A stretch of DNA of 64,000 nucleotides from an uncultured Clostridiaceae bacterium (lineage in GTDB: Bacteria > Bacillota > Clostridia > TANB77 > CAG-508). This document shows positions 1 to 10,446 of this stretch, one piece after another. The notes beneath the pieces are model-generated. The model saw only the letters and a list, made by a program, of their open reading frames with translations, was not told where the DNA came from and did not search any database. The stretch covers positions 232 to 64,231 of the forward strand of contig CAOJCG010000012.1 in NCBI GenBank assembly GCA_948356915.1, given 5' to 3'. A program made the position numbers and the translations under genes. The stretch's first letter is position 1. Every line of letters begins with the position of its first letter.

Positions 1-199
1 AGAAAAGAAAATGTTTGGACTTACATTAGAAGAAATTAGAAGACAAACTAAAAAGCCTTATGATGTTGATCCTCAGGCATTCATGAACCCAATGAATAAA
101 GATTTTGGTACCATTGATCCAGTTATCGAAGGTGCTAAAAAAATTAATGAAAGTCCAGAATTAAAGGAACTTGTAAAGGATATTTTGACTTCAAGATAA
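1..199 (+). CDS. 3' end of a hypothetical protein whose ORF is open from the window edge
   Basis: Frame is open from position 2. The 62-aa tail is followed by a terminator hairpin. Confidence 0.3.
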   Translation, partial: EKKMFGLTLEEIRRQTKKPYDVDPQAFMNPMNKDFGTIDPVIEGAKKINESPELKELVKDILTSR

Positions 200-204
200 A
201 ATAT

Positions 205-239
205 AAGAGACACTAAAATTGGTGTCTCTTATATTTTTA
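205..239 (+). terminator. Rho-independent terminator
   Basis: Stem aagagacac/gtgtctctt followed by a T-run. Confidence 0.6.
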
Positions 240-278
240 CTCCGTAAAGGAGGGTTGTTCAAATGTATTTGCAAATTT

Positions 279-2063
279 TTATAATTCTAAGAACACATCT
301 TCCATAGAATGGTGGACTTTTAAAGGACTCATATTAACATCTGGTCCTAGCTTAGCGTTATCATTTGATTTAGAAATATCTATTAAATGTTGAACCTCTT
401 CTTCTGAAAGCCCTTTATATCGTAAATAAGGAATATGTGTAAAGCGTAAATGTATATAAGATTCTTTGTTTGCCCAATTATAGCTTCTATTTGGATGTTC
501 TGATAATTCAAAAATTTTACCAGTATTATCTTTTACATATATAGGTTCACTTTTTTTATAAGATTTAATTTTTATATTTCTTTGTGTTAATAACTCTTCA
601 TCATAAGGAAACTCTATATCTTCTGGGAACATTAATGTATTTTTATTTAAGAAATCCTTATCTTTTAGGTTACAAGCAAGTTCACTATTTGATGTTATTA
701 AATCTTTTACAGTTTTCAAAAATTCTTTATCAGTTTCAGAAAACTCTTTTTTATTTGAATGCACATTTAAATGAGAGTATAATAAATTTAAAAATGAATC
801 CATATTTGGAATTATCATTGTAGCTAGTAATCGTACATTAGTATTTTCATGATTATTAGCAATTTTTAATAGTTCAGAATATAACATTATTTCATCAAAT
901 TCAATATATTTATCTAAGTCTATATCTTGTACATTTGTATTCTTTAAGTACATAAGAAAGTCATAAAAATCACTTCCAGCTACTGTTGATCTAGAAGATA
1001 AAAATGCTTCTAAAAATCTTGATATACATCTTTCAGCACTGTGAGTATATTTTGACATATATACATCTTTATATCTATCTTCTCGTAATAATAAAGCTTT
1101 TTCAATTTCAGGCAATGAAGAAAAATCATAAACATCTATATACTTCTTTCCTAAATCGCTTGTTTTAATACTATTATCAGAATTGCATATAGGAACATTA
1201 TTTTCATCAGTTTCTACACAAATACTTTCATAATTTTGAGTTGATAAATTTGAATGATGTCCTAAATATAAGCTATCTCTACTTAAATAATCCATTCTAT
1301 CAACATCATAACTACTTTCATCATGATTTTTAAAATTAAGTAAATCTTGTTAATATAACTTGGCTAAAATATTTGGTAAATCTGGGCTTATTGCTAAAAG
1401 TACATTTTGTATATCTTCATTTTCAAGCATAATTCTATCGCCAATTTCCTCATGCACACCTCTACTACCAAAAATTTGCTCCTCCATAGCATGTGAAAGT
1501 GGTGGATGTCCAATGTCATGTCCAGCCATTTTAATTAGTTCAGCAATTAAATGTAGTTTTAAATTATTATCTTCAATGTATTTTTTCCATAATGGATTTT
1601 GATAATTATAAAATAATTCTTCTATCTTTTTATTTAAAACGCCTTTTGAATGCTCTAATCTACTGTGATACAAATTAGGAAAATGAGTCACTGCTAAACC
1701 TAATTGGCTAATTCTACCTAATCTACTCATAGCTTTAGTTTCGAAAAAATCTTCAAACTGAGTAGGGTAATAAATATTTGCATCTGAATATGTATGACAT
1801 AAAGATAAATCAATTTCACTATGCAATTCTACATTATTGCTGATAACTCTTTCATCATCATAAAGCCATTCAAAAAAGTCTTGTAAAACTTCCTTTTTTG
1901 AATTCATATTTTCTAATTTTATCATATTAACTAATATACTTAATCTAACAAAAATAGTTTTAGAATAAGTCCTTTCTGTAAATTTTATATATAATTGGAA
2001 TAAAAATTTATAGTTAATCTCCAATATAAATATTATACATAAAAAATAGGAAAAAATCAACAA
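279..2063 (-). pseudogene. HD-domain dNTP triphosphohydrolase-like (dGTPase/SAMHD1-like) gene split into two ORFs
   Basis: The N-terminal ORF carries the HD motif (HDIGHPPLSH). The downstream ORF carries DYLSRDS, the dNTPase DxxDYLxRD signature. Track coordinates put both ORFs in one frame with a single stop near 1349-1352. The likely real start is M at 1925 or 1907. Confidence 0.55.
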
Positions 2064-2136
2064 ATAATAACAATATTAGGAAAAATGTGATATAATGATA
2101 TAAATGCAAAATATATAAATAAAAAAGGAGAAAAAT

Positions 2137-2727
2137 ATGTCAAAAAGAGAATGGAAGTCAGGAACATTTATATACCCTATACCAGCAGTAATGGTAACAT
2201 CAGGAGATATGGAAAACTCTAATATAATGACAGTTGCATGGACTGGAATACTAAACACAAACCCAGCTATGTGCTACATATCAGTACGACCTGAGAGATA
2301 TTCATATAATTTAATAAAAGAATCAGGAGAATTTGTAATAAACTTAACAAATGAAAAATTGGCTTTTGCAACAGATTGGTGCGGAGTAAGAAGTGGAAAG
2401 GATTATGATAAATTCAAAGAAATGCATTTAACAAAAGAAAAAGCAAATCATGTAAAATGTCCACTAATAAAAGAAAGTCCAGTTTCAGTAGAGTGTAAAG
2501 TGAAAGAAATAAAAGAACTTGGAAGTCATCATGTGTTTGTGGCAGAAGTGTTATCAATAGATGCAGATGAAAAATATATAGACGAAAAAGGTGCATTTGA
2601 TATAAGCAAATGTAATTTAATAGCATATGCAAATGGTGGATACTACTCTTTAGGAAAGAAAATAGGAAAGTTCGGTTATTCTGTACAAAAAAATAAAAGT
2701 AAAGGTGCAAATAGAAGAAAAAAATAG
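2137..2727 (+). CDS. Flavin reductase-like (FMN-binding split-barrel) domain protein
   Basis: The 196-aa product has a typical flavin reductase domain with an AG-rich RBS. A sigmaA-like promoter lies upstream. Confidence 0.7.
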   Translation: MSKREWKSGTFIYPIPAVMVTSGDMENSNIMTVAWTGILNTNPAMCYISVRPERYSYNLIKESGEFVINLTNEKLAFATDWCGVRSGKDYDKFKEMHLTKEKANHVKCPLIKESPVSVECKVKEIKELGSHHVFVAEVLSIDADEKYIDEKGAFDISKCNLIAYANGGYYSLGKKIGKFGYSVQKNKSKGANRRKK

Positions 2728-2860
2728 GAAATTTAATTGCAAGGCAATCGTTAAAAATTTTCTACATATTAATGATACTAAATTATTACTTTTTAATAAA
2801 AATTTGAAACATTGATTTATCTAGGCAGAAAAAAATTTAAACAATTGCCTTAATTTGATT

Positions 2861-2893
2861 GACAAATTAACATAAATTGCATATAATATTATA
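2861..2893 (+). promoter_or_regulatory. SigmaA-type promoter (TTGACA, 17 nt, TATAAT)
   Basis: ttgacaaattaacataaattgcatataat lies upstream of the 2949 ORF. Confidence 0.45.
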
Positions 2894-2948
2894 CATGTAA
2901 AAGCAACTATAAAACTCAAAAAAATAATTTTTTAAGGAGGAAAAAAAC

Positions 2949-3704
2949 ATGAAAAATATTCAAAAATGGCAGAAAACAGAAAAGGTAATATTTGACTTAC
3001 CAGTTGATACCAAAAAAGAAATGGACTTTAATGAACTTAGAAAGCGGCAAATGAAAAAGCCAGTTATTGATGAAAAAGCTAATAATCCCGAATATGAAAA
3101 CGTAACAATTATGATAAAAAGTGCAACACTTAGACTTTTTAGTGATAAGCTAGGAAGCTATATAGAGGCTCTATTTAACAAAAGAAATAGGTTAAATGTA
3201 ATATCAGCTTGCTTTTTAGTATCGTTATATAATGAGCAAATGAGAGTTAAGGATAATACCCATGAGCAAATAATTCCTTTTGAACTAAAGTCATTCTGGA
3301 AGATGCAAAAGGCTGTTGTGCTTGTAGGGGAAGTATCAAATATTATTATGAAACAAAAATTATTACTTCAAAGCTTAAATAAAACATGTGCACTTGATAA
3401 TCAGAAAAAGGCAATAGAGAGCACACTCGAAGTAGTAAATGCTTTGCACATCTTGCCACCAGAAGAGGGGAAGATAGTAATTGAATTTTTAGAAGAAAAG
3501 TTTACAGTAGATGCTAATAATGTTAAGCTAGATATAGTGCCACTTTGTAAAATTCTTGCGAAATATTATGTGAAATTTATTACATGTATTGATGAAGCTT
3601 ATGAGAGTTTTAACACATACTATAATAAGAAAAGAATTTACAATGCAAGAAGCGAAATGGGAAAACTTATGGAAGAGTATTTTACTTTAGGCGTAAAGTA
3701 TTAA
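2949..3704 (+). CDS. Hypothetical protein
   Basis: 251-aa ORF with a strong RBS (aaggagg) and no recognisable domain. Confidence 0.5.
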   Translation: MKNIQKWQKTEKVIFDLPVDTKKEMDFNELRKRQMKKPVIDEKANNPEYENVTIMIKSATLRLFSDKLGSYIEALFNKRNRLNVISACFLVSLYNEQMRVKDNTHEQIIPFELKSFWKMQKAVVLVGEVSNIIMKQKLLLQSLNKTCALDNQKKAIESTLEVVNALHILPPEEGKIVIEFLEEKFTVDANNVKLDIVPLCKILAKYYVKFITCIDEAYESFNTYYNKKRIYNARSEMGKLMEEYFTLGVKY

Positions 3705-3724
3705 TAAATAAGGAGGAAAAGCGT

Positions 3725-4033
3725 ATGAAAAAAACAATAATGTTCATTTGCAAAGAAAAAGGTAAGGAATATGAAAATGAAGTAGATCGGGAGCTTTTTA
3801 AAAATTTAATGGAGGCAGTAAAAGCTAGCTTTGATTGGGATAATGAAATTTCTACAAAGATATTAGAATATATTCCAAATTTGGAATGTATAGAAATTGA
3901 TAGAGATAGAAATGAGCAACGAGATGTGCCATTTATTATTTGTACAATGCAGAATAATAAAAAAGAAATGGTAGAGATAAGAAAATGTCATGAAATAATG
4001 TGGTCAATACTAAATAAGTATACTACATATTAA
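3725..4033 (+). CDS. Hypothetical protein
   Basis: 102-aa ORF with RBS aaggagg, followed by a terminator. Confidence 0.45.
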   Translation: MKKTIMFICKEKGKEYENEVDRELFKNLMEAVKASFDWDNEISTKILEYIPNLECIEIDRDRNEQRDVPFIICTMQNNKKEMVEIRKCHEIMWSILNKYTTY

Positions 4034-4057
4034 AGAGAAAGAATTATAATATAAAAA

Positions 4058-4116
4058 AGAAAGAAATGTTGAACTATACTTTAAAAAGTAAAATTCAACA
4101 TTTCTTTCTTTTTTAT
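4058..4116 (+). terminator. Rho-independent terminator
   Basis: 16-bp stem agaaagaaatgttgaa/ttcaacatttctttct plus a T-run. Confidence 0.6.
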
Positions 4117-4144
4117 ATACTAGGGAAATACGTTATTTTAAGTT

Positions 4145-4183
4145 GTAGGGGCAATTTTAATCGCCTGCCTTCGAAGACATTTC
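4145..4183. repeat. REP-like element (GTAGGGGC-hairpin-CTTCGAAGA)
   Basis: gtaggggcaattttaatcgcctgccttcgaagacatttc. This member of the dispersed family keeps the 5' GTAG. Confidence 0.6.
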
Positions 4184-4366
4184 TATAAAATTTTAATACA
4201 AATATATTAATTTTTAGTACAATACATAAGAATATAAATTTTTTTAAGATACGCCTATGTAATATCGATCAATTATGCTAAAGTATAACTTATTTCTAAC
4301 TCGTTGTTGCTCAAAAAACTAAAAAAAAATCGCCCCTACACCTTGAAAAAACTTTATAAATATAAT

Positions 4367-4435
4367 ACAAGGGGCTGTAAAAAAGGAAAGATTTTGAACG
4401 CGTCCCAAATCTTTCCTTTTTTTACAGCCCCTTTA
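4367..4435. repeat. Long hairpin with GGCTGTAAAAAA / TTTTTTACAGCC flanks (palindrome family 2)
   Basis: ggggctgtaaaaaaggaaagattt ... aatctttcctttttttacagcccc forms a stem of about 24 bp. Confidence 0.55.
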
Positions 4436-4542
4436 TGAAATGACCTTGTATATTTAGAAAAATCGTTTGACAAATGTCGAAAATTGTAGTAATATTTAAA
4501 GTTAAGTGAACATAAGAGATAATAGAAAGGGGAGCAAATAAA

Positions 4543-6156
4543 ATGAAAAAAACATATATATTCGGACATAAAAATCCAGATACAGATTCAGTAACTTCAG
4601 CAATAGCACTTTCATACTTAAAAAATAAGCAAGGTTTTAATACAAAACCTGTAATATTAGACAGTTTAAATAGAGAAACTGAATTTGTATTAAAATACTT
4701 TAATATAGATGTTCCAGAATTTTTAAATGATGTAAAAATAAAAATAGAAGATATTGAATACTATAAAAACTTTTGTGCTAAAGAAAATGTAAGTATACTA
4801 AAAGCATATGAAGAAGTAAGAAAAAAAGCAGTCACTGCCATACCAATAACTTCAGAAAACAAAAAACTACTAGGACTACTTACATTAAAAGCAATAGCAA
4901 ATGAATTAATAAGTGGAAATTTTAATAAAATAGAAACTTCATATAAAAATATATTAGAAACTCTAAAAGCACAAGAAATAATAAAAATAGATGAAGAAAT
5001 TAGTGGAAATATATTAGTTGCAAGTTATGGTAGTGAAACAATAGTAACTAATATAAAAATGGATTCAGAAACAATATTAATAGTAGGTAATAGAAATAGA
5101 GTAATAGACTATGCAATAAGTAGTAGCGTAAAAATGCTAGTTGTAATAGGTGGTCATAAGCTATCTGAAGAACAACTAGATAAAGCAAAAGAAAACAAAG
5201 TAAATATAATATCTACACAATATGATGCTTTTTATACAGCAAAATTAATAGGACTAAGTAACTATGTAAAAAAACTAATAGATAACTCAAGAGTAGAAAG
5301 TGTAAATAAGAAAGACGATTTAGACGTACTACTACAAATGAGTGCTAAAAAAAGATACAATAACTATCCAGTTGTAAATGAAAAAGGAAAATGTGAGGGA
5401 CTAATTAGAATAACAGATATAAAAGAAAAAAATAATAAAAAAGTAATACTAGTAGACCATAATGAAATTGAACAAAGTGTTACAGGAATAGAAGAAGCAG
5501 AAATACTAGAAATAGTTGACCATCATAAAATAGGAAGTATTTCAACAACAAAGCCAATTAATTTTAGAAATATGAGTGTAGGAAGTACAAATACCATAAT
5601 ATATATGATGTATAAAGAAGCAAGAATAGAAATACCAAGTAATATAGCAGGAATTATGTTTTCAGGAATTGTATCAGATACACTAAACTTTACAAGTCCT
5701 ACAACAACTAAAATAGATATAGAAGCGGCAAATGAATTACAGAAAATAGCAGGTATTAACAAAGATGAATATGTTATGGAAATGTTCAAAGAAGGAACAA
5801 AAATAGATGGAAAAACAAAAGAAGAAATAATAACAAAGGACCTAAAAGTATTTCAAATAGATAATAAAAAAATAGCAGTTTCACAAGTACTAACATTATC
5901 GGCTAAAGAAATTCTGGAAGAAAAAGAACAATATATAGCGCAAATGGAAAAAATAAAAGAAGAAAAAGGATATTTTGTATTAATAATGTATTTAACAGAT
6001 ATAGTAAAAAAAGGTTCTTATGTACTATACACTGAAAGTGCAAAAGGTATTTTACAAAATGCAATACAATCAGAAGAAATATATCAAGGAATATATAGAA
6101 GTGGTATATTATCAAGAAAAAAACAAATTATACCAAAACTTATGAATTCTATATAA
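4543..6156 (+). CDS. ppaC: CBS-domain-containing family II (Mn-dependent, DHH) inorganic pyrophosphatase
   Basis: FGHKNPDTDS DHH motif, CBS insert, and VDHNE / DHHK / DHHA2 C-terminal motifs. 537 aa. Promoter TTGACA-17-TAATAT lies upstream. Confidence 0.8.
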   Translation: MKKTYIFGHKNPDTDSVTSAIALSYLKNKQGFNTKPVILDSLNRETEFVLKYFNIDVPEFLNDVKIKIEDIEYYKNFCAKENVSILKAYEEVRKKAVTAIPITSENKKLLGLLTLKAIANELISGNFNKIETSYKNILETLKAQEIIKIDEEISGNILVASYGSETIVTNIKMDSETILIVGNRNRVIDYAISSSVKMLVVIGGHKLSEEQLDKAKENKVNIISTQYDAFYTAKLIGLSNYVKKLIDNSRVESVNKKDDLDVLLQMSAKKRYNNYPVVNEKGKCEGLIRITDIKEKNNKKVILVDHNEIEQSVTGIEEAEILEIVDHHKIGSISTTKPINFRNMSVGSTNTIIYMMYKEARIEIPSNIAGIMFSGIVSDTLNFTSPTTTKIDIEAANELQKIAGINKDEYVMEMFKEGTKIDGKTKEEIITKDLKVFQIDNKKIAVSQVLTLSAKEILEEKEQYIAQMEKIKEEKGYFVLIMYLTDIVKKGSYVLYTESAKGILQNAIQSEEIYQGIYRSGILSRKKQIIPKLMNSI

Positions 6157-6299
6157 AAAAAATAAAAAAATATATGATTTTATTTGACTTTATTGTAAAA
6201 CTATGGTAGAATAAAAAAGCATATGTGGAATGCATATGCTTTTTAAAGTAGTTAAACAATAAAAAAATAAACAAAAAATAGGCATTGGAGGTGTTTTAA

Positions 6300-6461
6300 A
6301 TGGCCGTAGCAGTAAGAGAAAAAATTACATTAGAATGTACAGAATGTAAAAGAAGAAATTATATGACAGAAAAAAACAAAAGAAATAATACTGAAAGATT
6401 AGAAATTATTAAATATTGCAAACATTGCAAAAAACGTACAACACACAAAGAAACAAAATAA
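6300..6461 (+). CDS. rpmG: 50S ribosomal protein L33
   Basis: 53-aa [21 protein letters not shown]...CKHCKK zinc-ribbon L33. It precedes secE-nusG as in Firmicutes. Confidence 0.8.
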   Translation: MAVAVREKITLECTECKRRNYMTEKNKRNNTERLEIIKYCKHCKKRTTHKETK

Positions 6462-6489
6462 TTAATAACCTTTTTAAGGGGGAAAAGAA

Positions 6490-6813
6490 ATGCCAAAAGA
6501 TAATAAAAATAAAAAAGAAAACAGACATTTTTTTAAAGATTTTAAAGCAGAACTTAAAAAAGTAATTTGGCCAACACCAAAACAACTTGTAAACAATACA
6601 GTTGCTGTTATTACAATAGTAATAATAGTTGCTATAATTGTATTTGTACTAGACTTTACATTTGAAAAGTTAAATACATATGGAATTAATAAAATAAAAT
6701 CAATGGTTGAAACTACAAACTCTATAGATGAAACTACAAATTCTGTAATTGAAGAAACAAGCACAAATGAAGTAGCAAATTCAGAAACTCAAACAAACGA
6801 AGTAGTAGAATAG
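6490..6813 (+). CDS. secE: Preprotein translocase subunit SecE (with a TN/E-rich C-terminal extension)
   Basis: KAELKKVIWPT plus a single TM helix. Position is between rpmG and nusG. Confidence 0.75.
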   Translation: MPKDNKNKKENRHFFKDFKAELKKVIWPTPKQLVNNTVAVITIVIIVAIIVFVLDFTFEKLNTYGINKIKSMVETTNSIDETTNSVIEETSTNEVANSETQTNEVVE

Positions 6814-6852
6814 TAAAATCATTAAAAAGTAAATAAAAAGGAGGCTTTAAAA

Positions 6853-7401
6853 ATGTCTCAAGAAAATGAAAAACTAGATAGTAAACTAGAGCCACAATGG
6901 TATGTAGTACATACATATTCTGGTTACGAAAATAAAGTAAAAACAGACTTAGAAAAAACAGTAAAAAATAGAGAACTTGAAGAATACTTCTTTGAAATAG
7001 TTGTACCAATGGAAGAACAAATTGAAATAAAAGAAGGTAAGAGAAAAGTAAACCTAAAAAAAGTTTTTCCTGGCTATGTTTTAATAAAAATGATTGTAAC
7101 AGAAGATACATGGTATATAGTTAGAAATACAAGAGGCGTTACTGGCTTTGTTGGCTCAGGAACAGATCCAATTGCATTAACAGAAGACGAAATAAGACAA
7201 ATGGGATTCGAAGTATCAATGCTTAAGTTTGATTATAATATAGGCGATAGTGTTAAAATAACAGGAGGCTCATTTGACGGATTTATAGGAACTATTCAAG
7301 AAATTAACAAAGACAAAAACAAAGTAAAAGTATCAATATCTATGTTTGGTAGAGAAACACCAATAGAGGTAGACTTCTCACAAATAGGTAAAATAAACTA
7401 G
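6853..7401 (+). CDS. nusG: Transcription termination/antitermination factor NusG
   Basis: NGN and KOW domains are present (WYVVHTYSGYENKV...GDSVKITGGSFDGFIGTI). Confidence 0.9.
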   Translation: MSQENEKLDSKLEPQWYVVHTYSGYENKVKTDLEKTVKNRELEEYFFEIVVPMEEQIEIKEGKRKVNLKKVFPGYVLIKMIVTEDTWYIVRNTRGVTGFVGSGTDPIALTEDEIRQMGFEVSMLKFDYNIGDSVKITGGSFDGFIGTIQEINKDKNKVKVSISMFGRETPIEVDFSQIGKIN

Positions 7402-7407
7402 TTTAAT

Positions 7408-7538
7408 AAGAAGTTAGAAGTTGGAAAATAGAAGTTAGAAGTTAGAAGTTAGAAAATAGGGTAAATTCTTCGAAGAAATTACTTAAATATCCGACTTCCG
7501 ACATCTGACTTCCGACCTCCAATCTCTAACCTCCAATT
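7408..7538. repeat. Composite repeat: purine arm (GAAGTTAGAAGTTGG)n, CTTCGAAGAAATTAC core, pyrimidine arm (TCCGACTTCCGAC...CCTCCAAT)
   Basis: Read directly in the sequence. The arms are largely complementary. It lies in the rplK 5' leader. Confidence 0.7.
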
Positions 7539-7604
7539 AAATAAATAATCTATAATTATTACGATGTAAATATACATCAAAACTTAAAGGAGGTGCAAAG
7601 AACA

Positions 7605-8033
7605 ATGGCAGAAAAAGAGATAAGTAATTTAATAAAATTACAAATAGAAGCAGGTAAAGCTACACCAGCTCCACCAGTAGGTCCAGCATTAGGTTCAAGT
7701 GGCGTTAACATTATGCAATTTGTAAAAGAATTTAATGATAGAACTGCAAATCAACCAGGAATGATAATACCAGTTGTTATAACAGTTTACAAAGATAAAT
7801 CATTTACATTCATAACAAAAGTACCACCAGTAGCAGTACTAATAAGAAAAGCTATAAAAATCGAAAAAGGTTCAGGAAAACCAAACAGAGAAAAAGTAGG
7901 AACAATTACTAAAGCTCAAGTAGAAGAAATAGCTAAACAAAAAATGCCAGACTTAAATGCAGCATCATTAGAAGCAGCAATGAGTATGGTTGCCGGAACT
8001 GCAAGAAGCATGGGTGTTGTAGTTGCTGACTAA
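7605..8033 (+). CDS. rplK: 50S ribosomal protein L11
   Basis: [10 protein letters not shown] and [11 protein letters not shown] motifs. ATG at 7605 follows RBS aaggagg; the track ORF starts at an upstream GTG. Confidence 0.9.
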   Translation: MAEKEISNLIKLQIEAGKATPAPPVGPALGSSGVNIMQFVKEFNDRTANQPGMIIPVVITVYKDKSFTFITKVPPVAVLIRKAIKIEKGSGKPNREKVGTITKAQVEEIAKQKMPDLNAASLEAAMSMVAGTARSMGVVVAD

Positions 8034-8122
8034 TAAACAATATGTTTATTTTTAGGCAAATAACCAAACTAAAAATTGGGAGAATTTGAAAAAGTTCGTT
8101 AAAACCAAAAGGAGGAAAGAAA

Positions 8123-8800
8123 ATGGGAAAAAGATTTGAAGAGTGCTCAAAACTTATCGATAAAAACAAATTATACGAAGTAAAAGAAGCACTAGAAGTA
8201 ATCGAAAAAATGCCAAAAGCTAAATTCGATGAAACAGTTGAATTACACGTAAAACTAGGTGTAGATTCAAAACATGCTGACCAACAAGTAAGAGGTACAA
8301 CAGTACTTCCACATGGTACAGGTAAAACATTAAGAGTATTAGTATTTGCAAAAGGACCAAAAGCTGAAGAAGCCCAAAAAGCAGGAGCAGACTTTGTAGG
8401 AGCAGAAGAACTAATACCAAAAATAGAAAAAGAAAATTGGTTTGACTATGATGTAATAGTAGCAACTCCAGATATGATGGGTGTTGTAGGAAGATTAGGA
8501 AAAGTATTAGGACCAAAAGGATTAATGCCAAACCCTAAATCAGGAACAGTTACAATGGATGTAACAAAAGCTATAAACGAAATCAAATCAGGTAAAGTTG
8601 AATACAGATTAGACAAAACTAACATTATCCATTTAGGTTTTGGAAAAGTTTCATTTGGTGCAGAAAAATTAGCTGAAAACTATGAAACAATAATGAATGC
8701 AATAATAAAAGCTAAACCAGCAGCAGCTAAAGGACAATATATTAAATCTGTTGCAATTTCTACAACAATGGGACCTGGAATGTATATTGATCAAAAATAA
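8123..8800 (+). CDS. rplA: 50S ribosomal protein L1
   Basis: 225-aa L1 with a strong RBS. Confidence 0.95.
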   Translation: MGKRFEECSKLIDKNKLYEVKEALEVIEKMPKAKFDETVELHVKLGVDSKHADQQVRGTTVLPHGTGKTLRVLVFAKGPKAEEAQKAGADFVGAEELIPKIEKENWFDYDVIVATPDMMGVVGRLGKVLGPKGLMPNPKSGTVTMDVTKAINEIKSGKVEYRLDKTNIIHLGFGKVSFGAEKLAENYETIMNAIIKAKPAAAKGQYIKSVAISTTMGPGMYIDQK

Positions 8801-8927
8801 TAATTATAGTAGCCAAAGAAAGTAGGCATAAAAACAAGACCTACCGAGGCATAAAAAGAAAAGAGATTTACAAAAAATCTAATCTTTTATGCCAAATGTG
8901 GCTATAAAGATTAGATTTTTATATTAG

Positions 8928-9062
8928 AACAGAAGTCAGAAGGAAGAGAGTGGAAATTAAATAGTGTAGATGATTAGAAGACATTGTAGGGACGACTATT
9001 AGTCGTCCGCACTTCGAAGAAACTACCCAAAATCCGACATCCGACATCTGACCTCCGATATC
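8928..9062. repeat. Composite repeat with embedded REP hairpin (GTAGGGACGACTATTAGTCGTCC) and CTTCGAAGAAACTACCC core
   Basis: Purine arm agaagtcagaaggaagagagtgg. Pyrimidine arm atccgacatccgacatctgacctccgat. It lies in the rplJ leader. Confidence 0.7.
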
Positions 9063-9090
9063 AAAATTCTTTAGGAGGTGAAAAAACAAA

Positions 9091-9591
9091 ATGGCAAGTG
9101 AAGCAATATTAAAACAAAAAGAAGAAGAAGTTAGTACATTAGCAGAAAAATTCAAAAACTGCAATTTAGTACTTTTAACAGATTACAGAGGAATAACAGT
9201 TGATGATGTAACTAATTTAAGAAATAGCTTAAGAGAAACAAAAGCAGAATACAAAGTAATAAAAAATAATATAGTAAGAAGAGCTTTAGAAACAAATGGT
9301 GTAGAAGGTTTAGAAGGAGCACTAGAAGGACCAACAGCAGTTATAACAACAGATAGTGAATATTTAGATCCATTAAAAGCAATTTACAAATTTGCTAAAG
9401 ACAATGAGTACTATAAAATAAAAGGTGGAATAGTTGAAGGTAAAGTATTAAGTGTAGAAGAATTAATAACTTTAGCAAAATTACCATCAAGACAAGAATT
9501 ACTTGGAATGCTTGCAGGTGGTTTACTTGGAACTATTTCAAAACTTGCAGTCGGCTTAGATCAAGTTAGAATGCAAAAAGAAAATGCATAA
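9091..9591 (+). CDS. rplJ: 50S ribosomal protein L10
   Basis: 166-aa L10. Confidence 0.9.
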   Translation: MASEAILKQKEEEVSTLAEKFKNCNLVLLTDYRGITVDDVTNLRNSLRETKAEYKVIKNNIVRRALETNGVEGLEGALEGPTAVITTDSEYLDPLKAIYKFAKDNEYYKIKGGIVEGKVLSVEELITLAKLPSRQELLGMLAGGLLGTISKLAVGLDQVRMQKENA

Positions 9592-9593
9592 AA

Positions 9594-9861
9594 CAGAAGA
9601 CGGAAGTCGAAAGACAGAAGTCAGAAGAAATATATGTAGGGAATAAATTGGTATAAAATAATATAATAGGGAATACCAAATTTTATCCAATACAAATAAA
9701 AAAGGTAGGGGCGAGCATCGCTCGTCCGAAAAAGAGTAGTGAACTTAAAACACTAGAAATATAAAGAAAGTTGGAAAAGGCAGAATAGAGAAGAAAGAAA
9801 TTAATAAGTATAAATATAAATTATATGAAATCCGACTTCCGACATCTGACCTCCGACTTCA
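9594..9861. repeat. Composite repeat cluster (purine arm, two GTAGGG-hairpin REPs, pyrimidine arm) in the rplL leader
   Basis: Contains cagaagacggaagtcgaaagacagaagtcagaag, then gtagggaataaattggtat, gtaggggcgagcatcgctcgtcc and atccgacttccgacatctgacctccgacttc. Confidence 0.65.
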
Positions 9862-9883
9862 ATAAAATAGGGAGGAAATTAAA

Positions 9884-10243
9884 ATGATAGAAGAATTAAT
9901 CGAAAAAATTGACGCTTTAACAGTAGCTGAACTTGCTGAATTAGTTAAAGCAATTGAAGAAAAATATGGAGTATCTGCAGTAGCAGCAGCTGCACCAGCA
10001 GCAGGAGGAGCTGCACCAGCAGCAGAAGAAAAATCATCTTTTGACGTAGTATTAAAAGATGCAGGAGCAAACAAAATCCAAGTAATCAAAGTTGTAAGAG
10101 ACGTTACAGGATTAGGATTAAAAGAAGCTAAAGAATTAGTAGACGGAGCTCCAAAAACAGTTAAAGAAGGAGCAAGCAAAGAAGAAGCAGAAGAAATAAA
10201 AGCTAAATTTACAGAAGCAGGAGCAGTTATCGAACTTGCTTAA
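9884..10243 (+). CDS. rplL: 50S ribosomal protein L7/L12
   Basis: A-rich hinge and conserved C-terminal domain. Confidence 0.95.
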   Translation: MIEELIEKIDALTVAELAELVKAIEEKYGVSAVAAAAPAAGGAAPAAEEKSSFDVVLKDAGANKIQVIKVVRDVTGLGLKEAKELVDGAPKTVKEGASKEEAEEIKAKFTEAGAVIELA

Positions 10244-10251
10244 GTTTAAAT

Positions 10252-10288
10252 AAAAATTGCTAAAATTTAATTTTAGCAATTTTTTTGT
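10252..10288 (+). terminator. Rho-independent terminator after rplL
   Basis: aaaattgctaaaat/attttagcaatttt stem plus a T-run. Confidence 0.7.
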
Positions 10289-10446
10289 ATACTATGAAAG
10301 TACTTGACTAGATAGTCAAATTAATTGAAAAATACGAAAATAAGTTATAAAATTATAATTGTACAATTGACAATCAAAAATATAAGTTATAAAATATAAA
10401 AAATACAATATATATGTAGAAAACAAGTAAAAGGAGAAAACTAAAA

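Noticed and set aside
1296-1352. Treating the two HD-domain ORFs (279-1295 and 1350-2063) as two separate functional genes
   Set aside because: The HD motif and the DxxDYLxRD dNTPase motif belong to one domain family protein. The ORF track places both pieces in the same frame separated by one stop, so a single interrupted gene is more parsimonious. My manual base indexing in this line was ambiguous by 1 nt, so a frameshift rather than a nonsense lesion cannot be excluded.
8220-8531. Numerous Leu/Phe-rich minus-strand ORFs antisense to K/E-rich genes (e.g. 8220-8531, 23008-23352, 30694-31179)
   Set aside because: These are typical antisense artefacts of AT-rich, purine-skewed coding strands. 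They have no RBS and overlap conserved genes.
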